DNA from: Candidatus Nanosynbacter lyticus
GTDB lineage: Bacteria; Patescibacteriota; Saccharimonadia; Saccharimonadales; Saccharimonadaceae
Length of the DNA stretch: 32,000 nucleotides
Assembly (NCBI RefSeq): GCF_030253515.1
Contig: NZ_CP124549.1
Coordinates: 90,001-122,000 of the forward strand
Reading direction: 5' to 3'
A program made the translations under genes and the position numbers. Within the stretch, counting starts at the first letter, position 1. Each line of letters starts with the position of its first letter. The notes under the pieces were generated by a model. The model ran no database searches. It was not told the origin of the DNA and saw nothing but the letters and a program-made list of their open reading frames with translations. Below are positions 15,564 through 24,296 of the stretch, one piece after another.

Positions 15564-17327
15564 ATGGCGCTACTGACGGATGATATGCAGGGAAAATTGA
15601 TTGGCTTGCTGACGAGCGAGGGCTTGATTGAGCGGTCGGTTGTTAAGGAGGCGCAAAAGCGTGCCAGCGAGTTGGGTAAGCCGTTACTGTCGCTGTTGAC
15701 CGAGGAGCACCTTTTGGAGAATGAATTATTGGTGCATGCGGTGGCGCAATTGTCTGGTGTGCCGTATGTTAATCTCGCAAGCAGCGTGATTGAGCAGCAC
15801 ATCTTGAACCTGCTGCCGGAGGATGTTGCCGAGCGATTTATGGCGGTACCGCTGGCCGAGGTGCAGGGGCGCTTGGCGGTGGCGATGATTGATGCTAATA
15901 ATGTCCAGGCGGTTGATTACCTAGCAAATCGTATCCAGCGACCGCTCAAGGTATTTATGGCCTCCGAAGAAAGCATCCGTCATGTCCTTGGCCAGTACAG
16001 AACAGACTTATCATCGGTCAATGAGGCAGCGGAAGACTCGCAGCGCGAAGCACTGGATGAGTCGTCGCAGAACATTGTGACGATCGTTCAAGATTCGCCG
16101 ATCTCGCGGGCGCTTAGTACAATCCTAGAGTATGCAGTAAAGAGCCATGCCTCGGACGTGCACATTGAGCCGTTAGAAAAGGCGTTGAAAATTCGCTGCC
16201 GTGTTGATGGCGTGTTGCGGGAAATTATGCAGCTACCAAAAAGTATTGAACCAGCGCTAGTTAGCCGTATTAAAATTCTATCAAATCTCAAAATTGATGA
16301 GCATCGAATTCCGCAGGATGGCCAGTTCGCGGTCAATGTAGCCGGCAAGGACGTCGACCTACGTATCGCGATTTCGCCGGTGGTATGGGGAGAGCAGGTG
16401 GTGATTCGTCTGCTGGATAAGACAGGTAACTCGTTTGATCTGACTGATATGGGATACGCCGGGCGCGCACTGAGAGCCATCCAAAAAGGCATCAAGCGGC
16501 CGAGCGGAATGATCTTGACATCTGGGCCGACCGGTTCAGGTAAATCAACCAGTCTATATGCGCTGATCAAGGAAATCAAGGACGACTCGATCAATATTGT
16601 GACGCTGGAGGATCCGGTGGAGTACAAGATTGACGGCGTCAATCAGATTCAGGTGCACGCTGATGTTGGACTGACGTTTGCATCGGGCTTACGGTCAATC
16701 CTCCGGCAGGATCCTGACGTGGTGATGGTCGGTGAGATCCGCGATACCGAGACAGCGAACTTGGCGGTGCAGGCGGCATTGACCGGACACTTGGTATTTT
16801 CGACACTGCACACTAATTCGGCGGCGGGTGTGCTGCCGCGGCTGCTGGATATGGGGATTGAGCCGTTCTTGATTGCTAGTACCGTGAACACCATTATTGG
16901 TCAGCGGCTGGTCAGGCGAGTGGCGCCAAAATATGATTCATATCAATCGTCACCACTTGAAACGGAGACTATTAAGTCAACGGTCGGTCATCTCCTGCCG
17001 AAAACCCAGGCTGATATACCGACCGTTTCGCAGGATTTGGGCTACAAGGCCTTGCCATTATCTGGTCAAGCCGCTTATACTTTAGTCAGGGGCCGCGATA
17101 TGCCGCAGACGCCGCAAGGTTACTCTGGCCGGTGCGGTTTGTACGAGGTTATGGACGTCACTGAGGAAGTTCAAAACCTGATCGTCAAGCGGGCAACGAG
17201 CGCCGAGATTCAGCGGCTCGCCATTCAGCAAGGCATGATAACGATGCGTCAAGATGGTTATCTCAAGGCGCTCAGTGGCGTGACAACATTAGAAGAAGTA
17301 AATCGGGTAGCAGCCGATACAGCATAA
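15564..17327 (+). CDS. pilB: Type IV pilus assembly (extension) ATPase PilB / GspE family
   Basis: 587 aa. N-terminal T2SSE_N-type domain, Walker A GPTGSGKSTSLYAL, Asp box, Walker B DPDVVMVGEIRD, His box LVFSTLHTNSAA. SD GGAGG 15555-15559. Confidence 0.92.
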   Translation: MALLTDDMQGKLIGLLTSEGLIERSVVKEAQKRASELGKPLLSLLTEEHLLENELLVHAVAQLSGVPYVNLASSVIEQHILNLLPEDVAERFMAVPLAEVQGRLAVAMIDANNVQAVDYLANRIQRPLKVFMASEESIRHVLGQYRTDLSSVNEAAEDSQREALDESSQNIVTIVQDSPISRALSTILEYAVKSHASDVHIEPLEKALKIRCRVDGVLREIMQLPKSIEPALVSRIKILSNLKIDEHRIPQDGQFAVNVAGKDVDLRIAISPVVWGEQVVIRLLDKTGNSFDLTDMGYAGRALRAIQKGIKRPSGMILTSGPTGSGKSTSLYALIKEIKDDSINIVTLEDPVEYKIDGVNQIQVHADVGLTFASGLRSILRQDPDVVMVGEIRDTETANLAVQAALTGHLVFSTLHTNSAAGVLPRLLDMGIEPFLIASTVNTIIGQRLVRRVAPKYDSYQSSPLETETIKSTVGHLLPKTQADIPTVSQDLGYKALPLSGQAAYTLVRGRDMPQTPQGYSGRCGLYEVMDVTEEVQNLIVKRATSAEIQRLAIQQGMITMRQDGYLKALSGVTTLEEVNRVAADTA

Positions 17328-17345
17328 AAGAAAAGGGGGACGATT

Positions 17346-18416
17346 ATGAACAATCAAGAATTACGCATCGAAATTTTACTCGAAGAGGTGGTTAAAAAGC
17401 GGGCCTCAGACCTTCACATTCAAGTGGGCCTGCCACCGATGCTGCGTATTGACGGAACGTTGGTCGCAGCAACGGGCACGCAGCCGCTTGATGAGGCAAC
17501 CGTGGAGCGGCTGGTATTTCAGATTCTTGATGAGGATCAGCGGCAAATTTTGCTCAAAGATAAGGAGTTTGACTTTTCGTTTGCGTTCGGTACACTGGGA
17601 CGATTCCGGGTGAATGCCTTTCACGAGAGGGGTAATTTGGCAGCGGCGCTGCGCTTAATTCCAAACGAGATCAAGACTGCGCAGGAGCTGGGCATGCCGC
17701 CAATTGTCAATACATTTGCCGATTTCCCACGCGGTTTGGTGTTGGTGACGGGGCCGACTGGCTCTGGTAAATCGACGACGCTGGCGGCGCTGGTCGACAA
17801 AATTAACGCCGAAAAGTCGCAGCACATCATTACTATCGAAGACCCGATCGAATTTACGCACAAGTCAAAAAAATCAGTGGTGGTGCAGCGTGAGGTTCAT
17901 TATGACACTTATTCGTTCTCGGCGGCGCTGCGTTCAAGCCTGCGCCAAGACCCAGACGTGGTGCTGATCGGTGAGATGCGCGACCTCGAGACAATCTCGG
18001 CGGCGATTACCATTGCCGAGACCGGGCACTTGGTGTTTGCGACGCTACACACCAACTCGGCGGCGCAGTCGATTGACCGTATGATCGACGTCTTCCCGCC
18101 GCATCAACAGCCGCAAATCCGGGCGCAGCTATCAAACATCCTGATGGCAATTTGTTCGCAGAGGCTGGTGCCGTCTATCGGTGGCGGTCGGGTGGTGGCG
18201 GCCGAGATCATGATTGCTAATCCAGCGGTGCGTAACATTATTCGCGAAGGCAAGAGCCATCAGCTGGATGCCGTCATTCAGACGGGTGCTGATCAGGGTA
18301 TGCAGACCATGGATCGGACGCTGGTAAATCTGGTACAAAACGGTACGATTACCTATGATAGTGCCCGTGAGTTTGCGGTTGATCTAGCGGAGTTTGAGCG
18401 GCTTATCAGGGGATAG
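17346..18416 (+). CDS. pilT: Twitching-motility (retraction) ATPase PilT
   Basis: 356 aa. ASDLHIQVGLPPMLRIDG, Walker A GPTGSGKSTTLAAL, DPDVVLIGEMRD, GHLVFATLHTNSAAQSIDRMIDVFP, and the AIRNLIRE-like motif PAVRNIIREGK. Confidence 0.93.
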   Translation: MNNQELRIEILLEEVVKKRASDLHIQVGLPPMLRIDGTLVAATGTQPLDEATVERLVFQILDEDQRQILLKDKEFDFSFAFGTLGRFRVNAFHERGNLAAALRLIPNEIKTAQELGMPPIVNTFADFPRGLVLVTGPTGSGKSTTLAALVDKINAEKSQHIITIEDPIEFTHKSKKSVVVQREVHYDTYSFSAALRSSLRQDPDVVLIGEMRDLETISAAITIAETGHLVFATLHTNSAAQSIDRMIDVFPPHQQPQIRAQLSNILMAICSQRLVPSIGGGRVVAAEIMIANPAVRNIIREGKSHQLDAVIQTGADQGMQTMDRTLVNLVQNGTITYDSAREFAVDLAEFERLIRG

Positions 18417-18419
18417 CAC

Positions 18420-19631
18420 ATGAAAAAATATTACTATGAAGCCAGGGATTCAGCCACGCAAAAGATTACCAAGTCGGTTGTGCAGGCTGAGAGCGAGGTC
18501 GCTGCGGCGAAGCTATTGAGCGCTCAGGGTTTCGTGCCGCTGAAAATTGAGCTGCAGGATGAGCGTGAGGGCTTCTTTCAGCGATTGTCAAATAAAATAT
18601 CGTCCAAGGACAAGATCGTCTTTACGCGGCAACTAGCGACGTTGATTGGTGCGGGGTTGCCGCTGGCGCAGAGCATGCATACGGTACTGGAGCAGACGCA
18701 AAACAAGCGGATGCAGAGTATCATTCAGGAGATAATTTCCGATATCGAAGGCGGTCGGCAATTATCAAGTGCGTTCGAGAAGCATCCAGAAGTATTTGAC
18801 AATGTGTATGTAGCATTGGTGGCGGCCGGTGAGGTATCAGGAACGTTGGATGAAGCGCTTAAGCGCATCGCGTCACAACAAGAAAAAGATACAGCGATGC
18901 TTAGCAAAGTGCGTGGCGCCATGGTCTATCCGGCGATTGTGCTGTTAGTGATCATCGCGGTGGTGGTATTCATGCTCGTGATGGTAGTGCCGCAGGTCGA
19001 AGGACTGTATGGTAGCTTACATAAAGAGCTACCGTTTACAACGAAGGCCATGGTCAGCGTCGCTGGTTTTTTGGCGCAGTTTTGGTGGGCGCTGGTGATT
19101 TTACTTGGTATCGGTTTGTATTTCTTTCAGCAGTATCTCAAAACCGAGGCTGGTATTCGCGCTAAAGATACGTTCAAGCTGAACATACCAGTGTTTGACG
19201 CCATGTTCCGCAAGCTGTACATGGCTCGCTTTACCCGTACCGGTCAAACGCTTCTCAATAGCGGGGTGGCGATGCTGGACATGCTGCGCATCACCGCTCG
19301 GGCAGTCAATAATTCAGTTATCCGTCAAGGCATTGAGCATGCTAGCGAGAAGGTGAAGGGCGGCAAGGCGCTGTCGGTGTCCTTAAAAAATGAGGACTAT
19401 ATCTTGCCAATGGTGCCGCAGATGATCAAGATTGGCGAACAGTCGGGTAAGATTGATGAGATGATGGGCAAGTGTGCGCAGATTTACGAAGATGAGCTGG
19501 ATGAAGAGATCAAGGCGATCACGACGACCATTGAACCAGTGCTGATGGTGGTCTTGGCGGTCGTGGCCGGCGTGATGGTGGGTGCGATAATCTTTCCAAT
19601 TTATAATCTGGTCGGAGACATTAGCCTCTAG
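18420..19631 (+). CDS. pilC: Type IV pilus platform protein PilC (GspF family)
   Basis: 403 aa. Duplicated GspF domain (FTRQLATLIGAGLPLAQSM.. and FTRTGQTLLNSGVAMLDML..), three hydrophobic segments. Confidence 0.92.
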   Translation: MKKYYYEARDSATQKITKSVVQAESEVAAAKLLSAQGFVPLKIELQDEREGFFQRLSNKISSKDKIVFTRQLATLIGAGLPLAQSMHTVLEQTQNKRMQSIIQEIISDIEGGRQLSSAFEKHPEVFDNVYVALVAAGEVSGTLDEALKRIASQQEKDTAMLSKVRGAMVYPAIVLLVIIAVVVFMLVMVVPQVEGLYGSLHKELPFTTKAMVSVAGFLAQFWWALVILLGIGLYFFQQYLKTEAGIRAKDTFKLNIPVFDAMFRKLYMARFTRTGQTLLNSGVAMLDMLRITARAVNNSVIRQGIEHASEKVKGGKALSVSLKNEDYILPMVPQMIKIGEQSGKIDEMMGKCAQIYEDELDEEIKAITTTIEPVLMVVLAVVAGVMVGAIIFPIYNLVGDISL

Positions 19632-19657
19632 ACAATCCATAAGCAGTACAGTATAAT
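19629..19657 (+). promoter_or_regulatory. Dedicated promoter for the major pilin (TAGACA-17-TATAAT)
   Basis: TAGACA 19629-19634 (overlaps the pilC stop), 17-nt spacer, TATAAT 19652-19657. The roughly 35-nt leader carries AAAGGTGGG before ATG 19697. Confidence 0.55.
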
Positions 19658-19696
19658 AGCAAGAGAAAGTTAAGTCACAGAAAGGTGGGCAACTTC

Positions 19697-20170
19697 ATGG
19701 CTCAGCAAAAAGCAAATAAAGGATTCACAATCATCGAGGTCGTGTTGGTGCTGGCAATCGCTGGGCTGATATTCTTGATGGTATTCTTGGCATGGCCGGC
19801 CCTGCAGCGCAGTCAGCGCGATACACAACGACGGAGCGATGTGACCAGGTTTGTCTCGCAGGTGAATAGTTACGCGACGAACAACAAGGGAAGTATTCCG
19901 AAAACCGATACAGGATCGATTAATAGCTTCCTCGATTCGTATATGAAGCGTGGCAATGGTGAATTCAAGGATCCGCAGACCGGCAATAATTACAGCGTGG
20001 TAACTGGCGTCGCTCAGCAGGGCTCGGCAACGACCGAGAAGATGGTATATGCCACGAGCGCTCAATGTGATGGCGAAAATATTGTTGCCAAAAGTGGCTC
20101 ACCGCGGTCATTTGCCGTCAAGGTGCAGCTGGAAGGAAGCGGTGCGTTTTGTAAAGACAACCAAAACTAA
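19697..20170 (+). CDS. pilA: Type IV major pilin (class III signal peptide)
   Basis: MAQQKANKG|FTIIEVVLVLAIAGLIFLMVFLAW has Gly-1, Phe+1, Glu+5 and a hydrophobic alpha1-N. C-terminal Cys pair (SAQC...GAFC) typical of a D-region disulfide. It has its own promoter and terminator. Start moved from GTG 19685 to ATG 19697. Confidence 0.9.
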   Translation: MAQQKANKGFTIIEVVLVLAIAGLIFLMVFLAWPALQRSQRDTQRRSDVTRFVSQVNSYATNNKGSIPKTDTGSINSFLDSYMKRGNGEFKDPQTGNNYSVVTGVAQQGSATTEKMVYATSAQCDGENIVAKSGSPRSFAVKVQLEGSGAFCKDNQN

Positions 20171-20190
20171 CCAGAGACAACGAATTATTG

Positions 20191-20222
20191 GTAGCCTCCT
20201 ACTATCAGGGGGCTGCTTTTTT
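20191..20222 (+). terminator. Rho-independent terminator after the major pilin
   Basis: Stem 20191-20199 / 20208-20216 (GUAGCCUCC / GGGGGCUGC with G-U pairs), 8-nt loop, then UUUUUU 20217-20222. Confidence 0.7.
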
Positions 20223-20248
20223 CATGATTTCTTGTTACCATTAACAGT

Positions 20249-21115
20249 ATGATGATAGTGACAATACTGGTGGGCGTGGCGATCCTCGGCGCGGTGACGG
20301 GAAGTTTTATCGGTGCTCAGGTGTGGCGAGTCCGTGCTCGGCAGCTCGTTGAAGACAAGCAGGCCGGCGAACCGGTTGATACGCTGGAGCTCCGCCGCCT
20401 GAAGCCGCTGCTCAAACCTCTCAAGGACGATCGATCGCAGTGTCTTTCCTGCGGGCACGAGCTACGCTGGTATGATTTGCTGCCAGTGGTGAGCTGGCTG
20501 GTTGCTAGAGGTCGCTGTCGGTACTGCCAGGCACCGATTGGCTGGATGGAGCTGGGGCTCGAGGTGGCGATGGCCGGGTTGTTTGTCGCAGTGACGTGGC
20601 ATGGCATGATGACGTTTACGGCGCCACTAGTGATAACGAAGGTTGCGATTATGTTGATGGGGCTATCGTATCTAGCGTTCCTGTTCGTGTATGACAAGCG
20701 GTGGTTTTTGCTTCCGGACGTGGCGAATTGGCCGTTCGTGATGTTGGGGGCGCTATTTGCTGGGATTCACGTAGCAACTGGCCAGCTGCCGGGCGGAGTG
20801 CTGGGGTTGATAGCGGCGGTTGTTATCCTCAGTGGCATGTACGCATCGCTCTACGTTGTGTCGAGTGGTCGCTGGATAGGGTTCGGTGATGTCAAGCTGA
20901 CACTCGGCCTCGCCCTCTTTTTGATGGATTGGCGGCTAGCATTTCTCGCGCTCTTTTTAGCGAATTTACTCGGCACGCTACTGGTACTACCGGGGATGCT
21001 TCGGGGTACAGTGCAGCGTGGAGCGCGAATCCCATTTGGGCCGCTACTAATCGTCGGCTTTCTTATTTCGTGGTTTTTCGGCGTGAGGATCGTGGATTGG
21101 CTTATCGTGATTTGA
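20249..21115 (+). CDS. pilD: Prepilin peptidase / N-methyltransferase PilD (peptidase A24)
   Basis: 288 aa polytopic. Zn-finger-like CLSCGHEL...GRCRYCQAPIGW in the first cytoplasmic loop. Catalytic-Asp contexts FVYDKRWFLLPD and GFGDVKL. Confidence 0.9.
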   Translation: MMIVTILVGVAILGAVTGSFIGAQVWRVRARQLVEDKQAGEPVDTLELRRLKPLLKPLKDDRSQCLSCGHELRWYDLLPVVSWLVARGRCRYCQAPIGWMELGLEVAMAGLFVAVTWHGMMTFTAPLVITKVAIMLMGLSYLAFLFVYDKRWFLLPDVANWPFVMLGALFAGIHVATGQLPGGVLGLIAAVVILSGMYASLYVVSSGRWIGFGDVKLTLGLALFLMDWRLAFLALFLANLLGTLLVLPGMLRGTVQRGARIPFGPLLIVGFLISWFFGVRIVDWLIVI

Positions 21116-21124
21116 TAGTGCTTA

Positions 21125-21133
21125 TGCTATAAT
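21125..21133 (+). promoter_or_regulatory. Extended -10 (TGCTATAAT) 9 nt upstream of the ATG of the first minor-pilin gene (leaderless-type)
   Basis: TGCTATAAT 21125-21133, ATG 21143. No SD between them. Confidence 0.4.
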
Positions 21134-21142
21134 AATGAGCAT

Positions 21143-21880
21143 ATGAAGCGGTGGCAATCCGGGTTTACAATCGTTGAAGTGGTGTTGTTCTTGGCGATCA
21201 CCGGTCTATTGACCGTTGGCTTGTTAGCTGGCGTGAGCGCTGCGCTGCGTCAACAGCAGTATCATGACGCTGTTCAATCGTTCGCCGGCTTTATTCGTGA
21301 TCAGTATAGCCGAGTGATTAGTATCGAGAATGATCGGGGCGATCGCGACACATGTCCTGTTAAGGGTGCAACAAACGACGGAGCTCGGGGCCAGTCGAAT
21401 TGCGTTGTCGTTGGTCGCTATGTCAAGTCGACGAATTCCGAGGCACGTTCATTTACCGCCTATCCGCTGTATGCTCTGAAACGCTCGGGAGTGTGGACGT
21501 ATAGCTATAGTGAAAGTGAGGCAAATACCTATACGGTTGGCTGGGGTGCGCAGGTACGATCACTCACGGCAACCAATACCATTGGTAGAGAACTGGCTTT
21601 ATTAATATACCGCGACCCAGATAGCGGGCAGGTTATCGTACGCACGAATGACGCACCGTATTCACCAGCTAATATTAATAATTTTATTCGCAATATGCAG
21701 CCGAATGGCGGTATGTATACGGCTGATTTACAGCTGCGGCAGCGAGAGTTTTGTATCTATGATACTGGCTGGTCGGTTGGCCAGAGGCTGTCAGTCTTTT
21801 TGGGAGCAAAGGCTGGCTCGAGCGAGGCAGTGACAGTTGGTCATGCGACAAAGGGGTGCGATAATGAAGCGACGGCATAG
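21143..21880 (+). CDS. Pilin-like protein with class III signal (minor pilin)
   Basis: MKRWQSG|FTIVEVVLFLAITGLLTVGLLAG (Gly-1, Phe+1, Glu+5). 245 aa, 4 Cys. Confidence 0.8.
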   Translation: MKRWQSGFTIVEVVLFLAITGLLTVGLLAGVSAALRQQQYHDAVQSFAGFIRDQYSRVISIENDRGDRDTCPVKGATNDGARGQSNCVVVGRYVKSTNSEARSFTAYPLYALKRSGVWTYSYSESEANTYTVGWGAQVRSLTATNTIGRELALLIYRDPDSGQVIVRTNDAPYSPANINNFIRNMQPNGGMYTADLQLRQREFCIYDTGWSVGQRLSVFLGAKAGSSEAVTVGHATKGCDNEATA

Positions 21881-22424
21881 CGCGCAGGGCGACACGATCA
21901 TTGAAGTGGTGATGGCGGTAGCGATGTTTAGCATGCTGGCGATCGGTATCATGGCACTCATGAATAGCGGTATTGCTATGGCGCAGCGATCATTAGAGTT
22001 GACGCTTGTGCGGCAACAGATTGATAGTCAAGCAGAAATGCTGCGCTACATTCACGACAAGTCATCTCAGGCCGGCAGCTCATTTGCTACCCTCTGGGAC
22101 GCGATGAAAGGTCGGACTATTGACCACGCCAATTCGCTACTGAATGTTAATCGATGTCCAGAGGCAATGCCGAGTGGGGGATTCGCACTAGCACCCAGCA
22201 AAAATACCTTTCAGTTGATTACCAATAAGTATGAATTATCGCCGACATATGCCAAGATTTCAACTGCTCGAAATCCAATTTCTCAGGGCATTTCAATTCA
22301 GCTGGTACGTGTTGAAGGCGGCCGCGCCTATGATGCGTACATTCAGGCCTGCTGGATGAGTGTGGGGACCGACCGGCCGATGACCACGGGGACGATTGTG
22401 AGGATGTATGACACGGCGGTATAG
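21864..22424 (+). CDS. Pilin-like protein with atypical class III signal (Asp at +1)
   Basis: ATG 21864 is preceded by AAGGGGTG. MKRRHSAQG|DTIIEVVMAVAMFSMLAIGIMAL has Gly-1 and Glu+5 but Asp+1. 186 aa, 2 Cys. 17-nt overlap with the upstream gene. Confidence 0.7.
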   Translation: MKRRHSAQGDTIIEVVMAVAMFSMLAIGIMALMNSGIAMAQRSLELTLVRQQIDSQAEMLRYIHDKSSQAGSSFATLWDAMKGRTIDHANSLLNVNRCPEAMPSGGFALAPSKNTFQLITNKYELSPTYAKISTARNPISQGISIQLVRVEGGRAYDAYIQACWMSVGTDRPMTTGTIVRMYDTAV

Positions 22425-23142
22425 ACGATATGGGTTTACCTTGGTTGAGCTGATGCTGGCGATGGCATTCGTGTCGGTGTTGCTACTGGCGATTGCTACG
22501 ATAGCAATCCAGGCCGGCAAGCTGTATAATCGAGGCCTCACGCTCAAAAGTATCAATCAGTCCGGCCGCGAAATTAGCGATAGCTTGCGGCGTGACTTTT
22601 TGCAGGCTAATGCTGGCAAGATAAGTGGTAATGCTAATTCGGCCGTTGTCATGGTGCAGGCGGGTGGTGCTGATCGGAGCGGCCGACTCTGCCTCGGTGA
22701 CTATTCATATGTCTGGAATGTGCCAAAGGTTGTCTCTGGAGAAGTGAAGGCCGGTGCGGGTATTATTACCGAAGTTGGTGGGCCGCATTCTGGTCGTCCG
22801 ATTAATTTTGCTCGAGTGATTGACCCAGATGGTATGCTGTGCCAGAAAAATGAAACAACGGGGGCGTACATGTCAACAGTCGCGACGGATAAAGTGACAC
22901 ATCTTCTCAAGCCAGCCGGGTCGAATGATGTGGTGCTGGCAATTCATCAAATGAAAGCAGCGCGAGTGGCGGGTGATAGCGGGGCAGACAGTCTGTATCG
23001 TTTGGAATTTGTCCTTGGAACCAGTCAGCTTGAGGCAGTTAACACCGCTAATGGCACCTGTAAGCCACCGGCGGATAACAGTGAGAATCTCGACTTTTGC
23101 GCGATAAATAGTTTTGAGATGATTGTGAGGACAAATGGATAA
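22408..23142 (+). CDS. Pilin-like protein with class III signal (minor pilin)
   Basis: MTRRYRRYG|FTLVELMLAMAFVSVLLLAIATIAI (Gly-1, Phe+1, Glu+5). 244 aa, 4 Cys. Overlaps both neighbouring genes. Confidence 0.8.
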   Translation: MTRRYRRYGFTLVELMLAMAFVSVLLLAIATIAIQAGKLYNRGLTLKSINQSGREISDSLRRDFLQANAGKISGNANSAVVMVQAGGADRSGRLCLGDYSYVWNVPKVVSGEVKAGAGIITEVGGPHSGRPINFARVIDPDGMLCQKNETTGAYMSTVATDKVTHLLKPAGSNDVVLAIHQMKAARVAGDSGADSLYRLEFVLGTSQLEAVNTANGTCKPPADNSENLDFCAINSFEMIVRTNG

Positions 23143-24289
23143 AATAGCGAGAAATAATCAATCAGGTGCGGTGTCGTTATTTGCAGTGATCTTTGCGACA
23201 CTGTTACTAACGGTTTTGATGCTCGGCTTCATGCGGCTCATAATGGTTGATCAGCGACAGGCCCTGAACAATGAGCTGTCACAAAGTGCGTATGATGCAG
23301 CCCTGTCCGGTGTTGAAGACGCCAAGCGAGTCGTGCGTGCCTGTCAAAAAGGAGATAACGGTGGCAAGGCTTGCGAACAGTTACGACTGCCTGATGACTG
23401 TAAAGTGGTCGCACGTGCGGGCGTTGCCGGTAATGTGGCCGCTAACGAGACGCTGATTCAGTCACGTCGCTCAGGGGATGGTAAAGAGTTCAACCAAGCC
23501 TATACCTGCGTCAACATCACGATGGACACGGAAGATTTCCTGGTTAGCATACCCGAAGGATCATCTCGTTTGGTGCCGCTGAAAGCCAAATCTGAATTTA
23601 ATAAAATTGTCCTCGAGTGGTTTACTAAAGAGGACGCGAACGGCAACGTGGCTGCTGGACGAGTAAAAAATGCTGCCTCCGTATCAACTTCGCTGCCGGC
23701 ATACAGTGACTGGGATGAGTCGCCGTCTCGTCCTGCACCCGCGCTACTGCGCACTCAGATGATTTTTCCAGGCGATACATTCGACCTTGCTAGTCTTGAT
23801 AGCTCTCGTGTTGCGACAATGTTCCTTTATCCACGGACGCTGAGTGTCCCCGGACCGACGAACGGAGGTGTATCGGCAATTAATCTACCGCGAGCGGGCG
23901 GTGGTGGGCAATTTAATAATGCTCCGACACCGGTGAGCTGTTCTCCGGATTTTGCGAATAGTGGTTATTCGTGCCGAGTCACAATTGATATATCACCTGT
24001 TACGGCTGCCGCCAGCGTTAATTCATTCTTGCGTCTGACGCCGCTATATCGCATGTCACACGTGCGAATTGCCCTATATAATGGTGCAGAACCGGTTAAA
24101 TTTGATGGTGTTCAGCCAGCGGTTGATGCAACTGGTCGTGCTAGTAATGTATTTCGGCGGGTTGAGGCGCGCCTTCAGATAGGTGACGACTTCCCGTATC
24201 CTGAAAATGCTATTGATCTTGAGAATAGCCTCTGTAAAGACTTTTCGGTGACCGAGGGTAGTGTGACACCGGGTAATTGTCGACCGTAG
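23135..24289 (+). CDS. PilX-like pilus-associated protein (PilX_N-type N-terminus, large Cys-rich C-terminal domain)
   Basis: MDKIARNNQSGAVSLFAVIFATLLLTVLMLGFMRLIMVDQRQALNNELSQSAYDAALSGVEDA resembles the PilX N-terminal domain (hydrophobic helix, no Glu+5). 384 aa, 8 Cys. Last gene of the pilus cluster. Confidence 0.6.
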   Translation: MDKIARNNQSGAVSLFAVIFATLLLTVLMLGFMRLIMVDQRQALNNELSQSAYDAALSGVEDAKRVVRACQKGDNGGKACEQLRLPDDCKVVARAGVAGNVAANETLIQSRRSGDGKEFNQAYTCVNITMDTEDFLVSIPEGSSRLVPLKAKSEFNKIVLEWFTKEDANGNVAAGRVKNAASVSTSLPAYSDWDESPSRPAPALLRTQMIFPGDTFDLASLDSSRVATMFLYPRTLSVPGPTNGGVSAINLPRAGGGGQFNNAPTPVSCSPDFANSGYSCRVTIDISPVTAAASVNSFLRLTPLYRMSHVRIALYNGAEPVKFDGVQPAVDATGRASNVFRRVEARLQIGDDFPYPENAIDLENSLCKDFSVTEGSVTPGNCRP

Positions 24290-24296
24290 CATGAAC

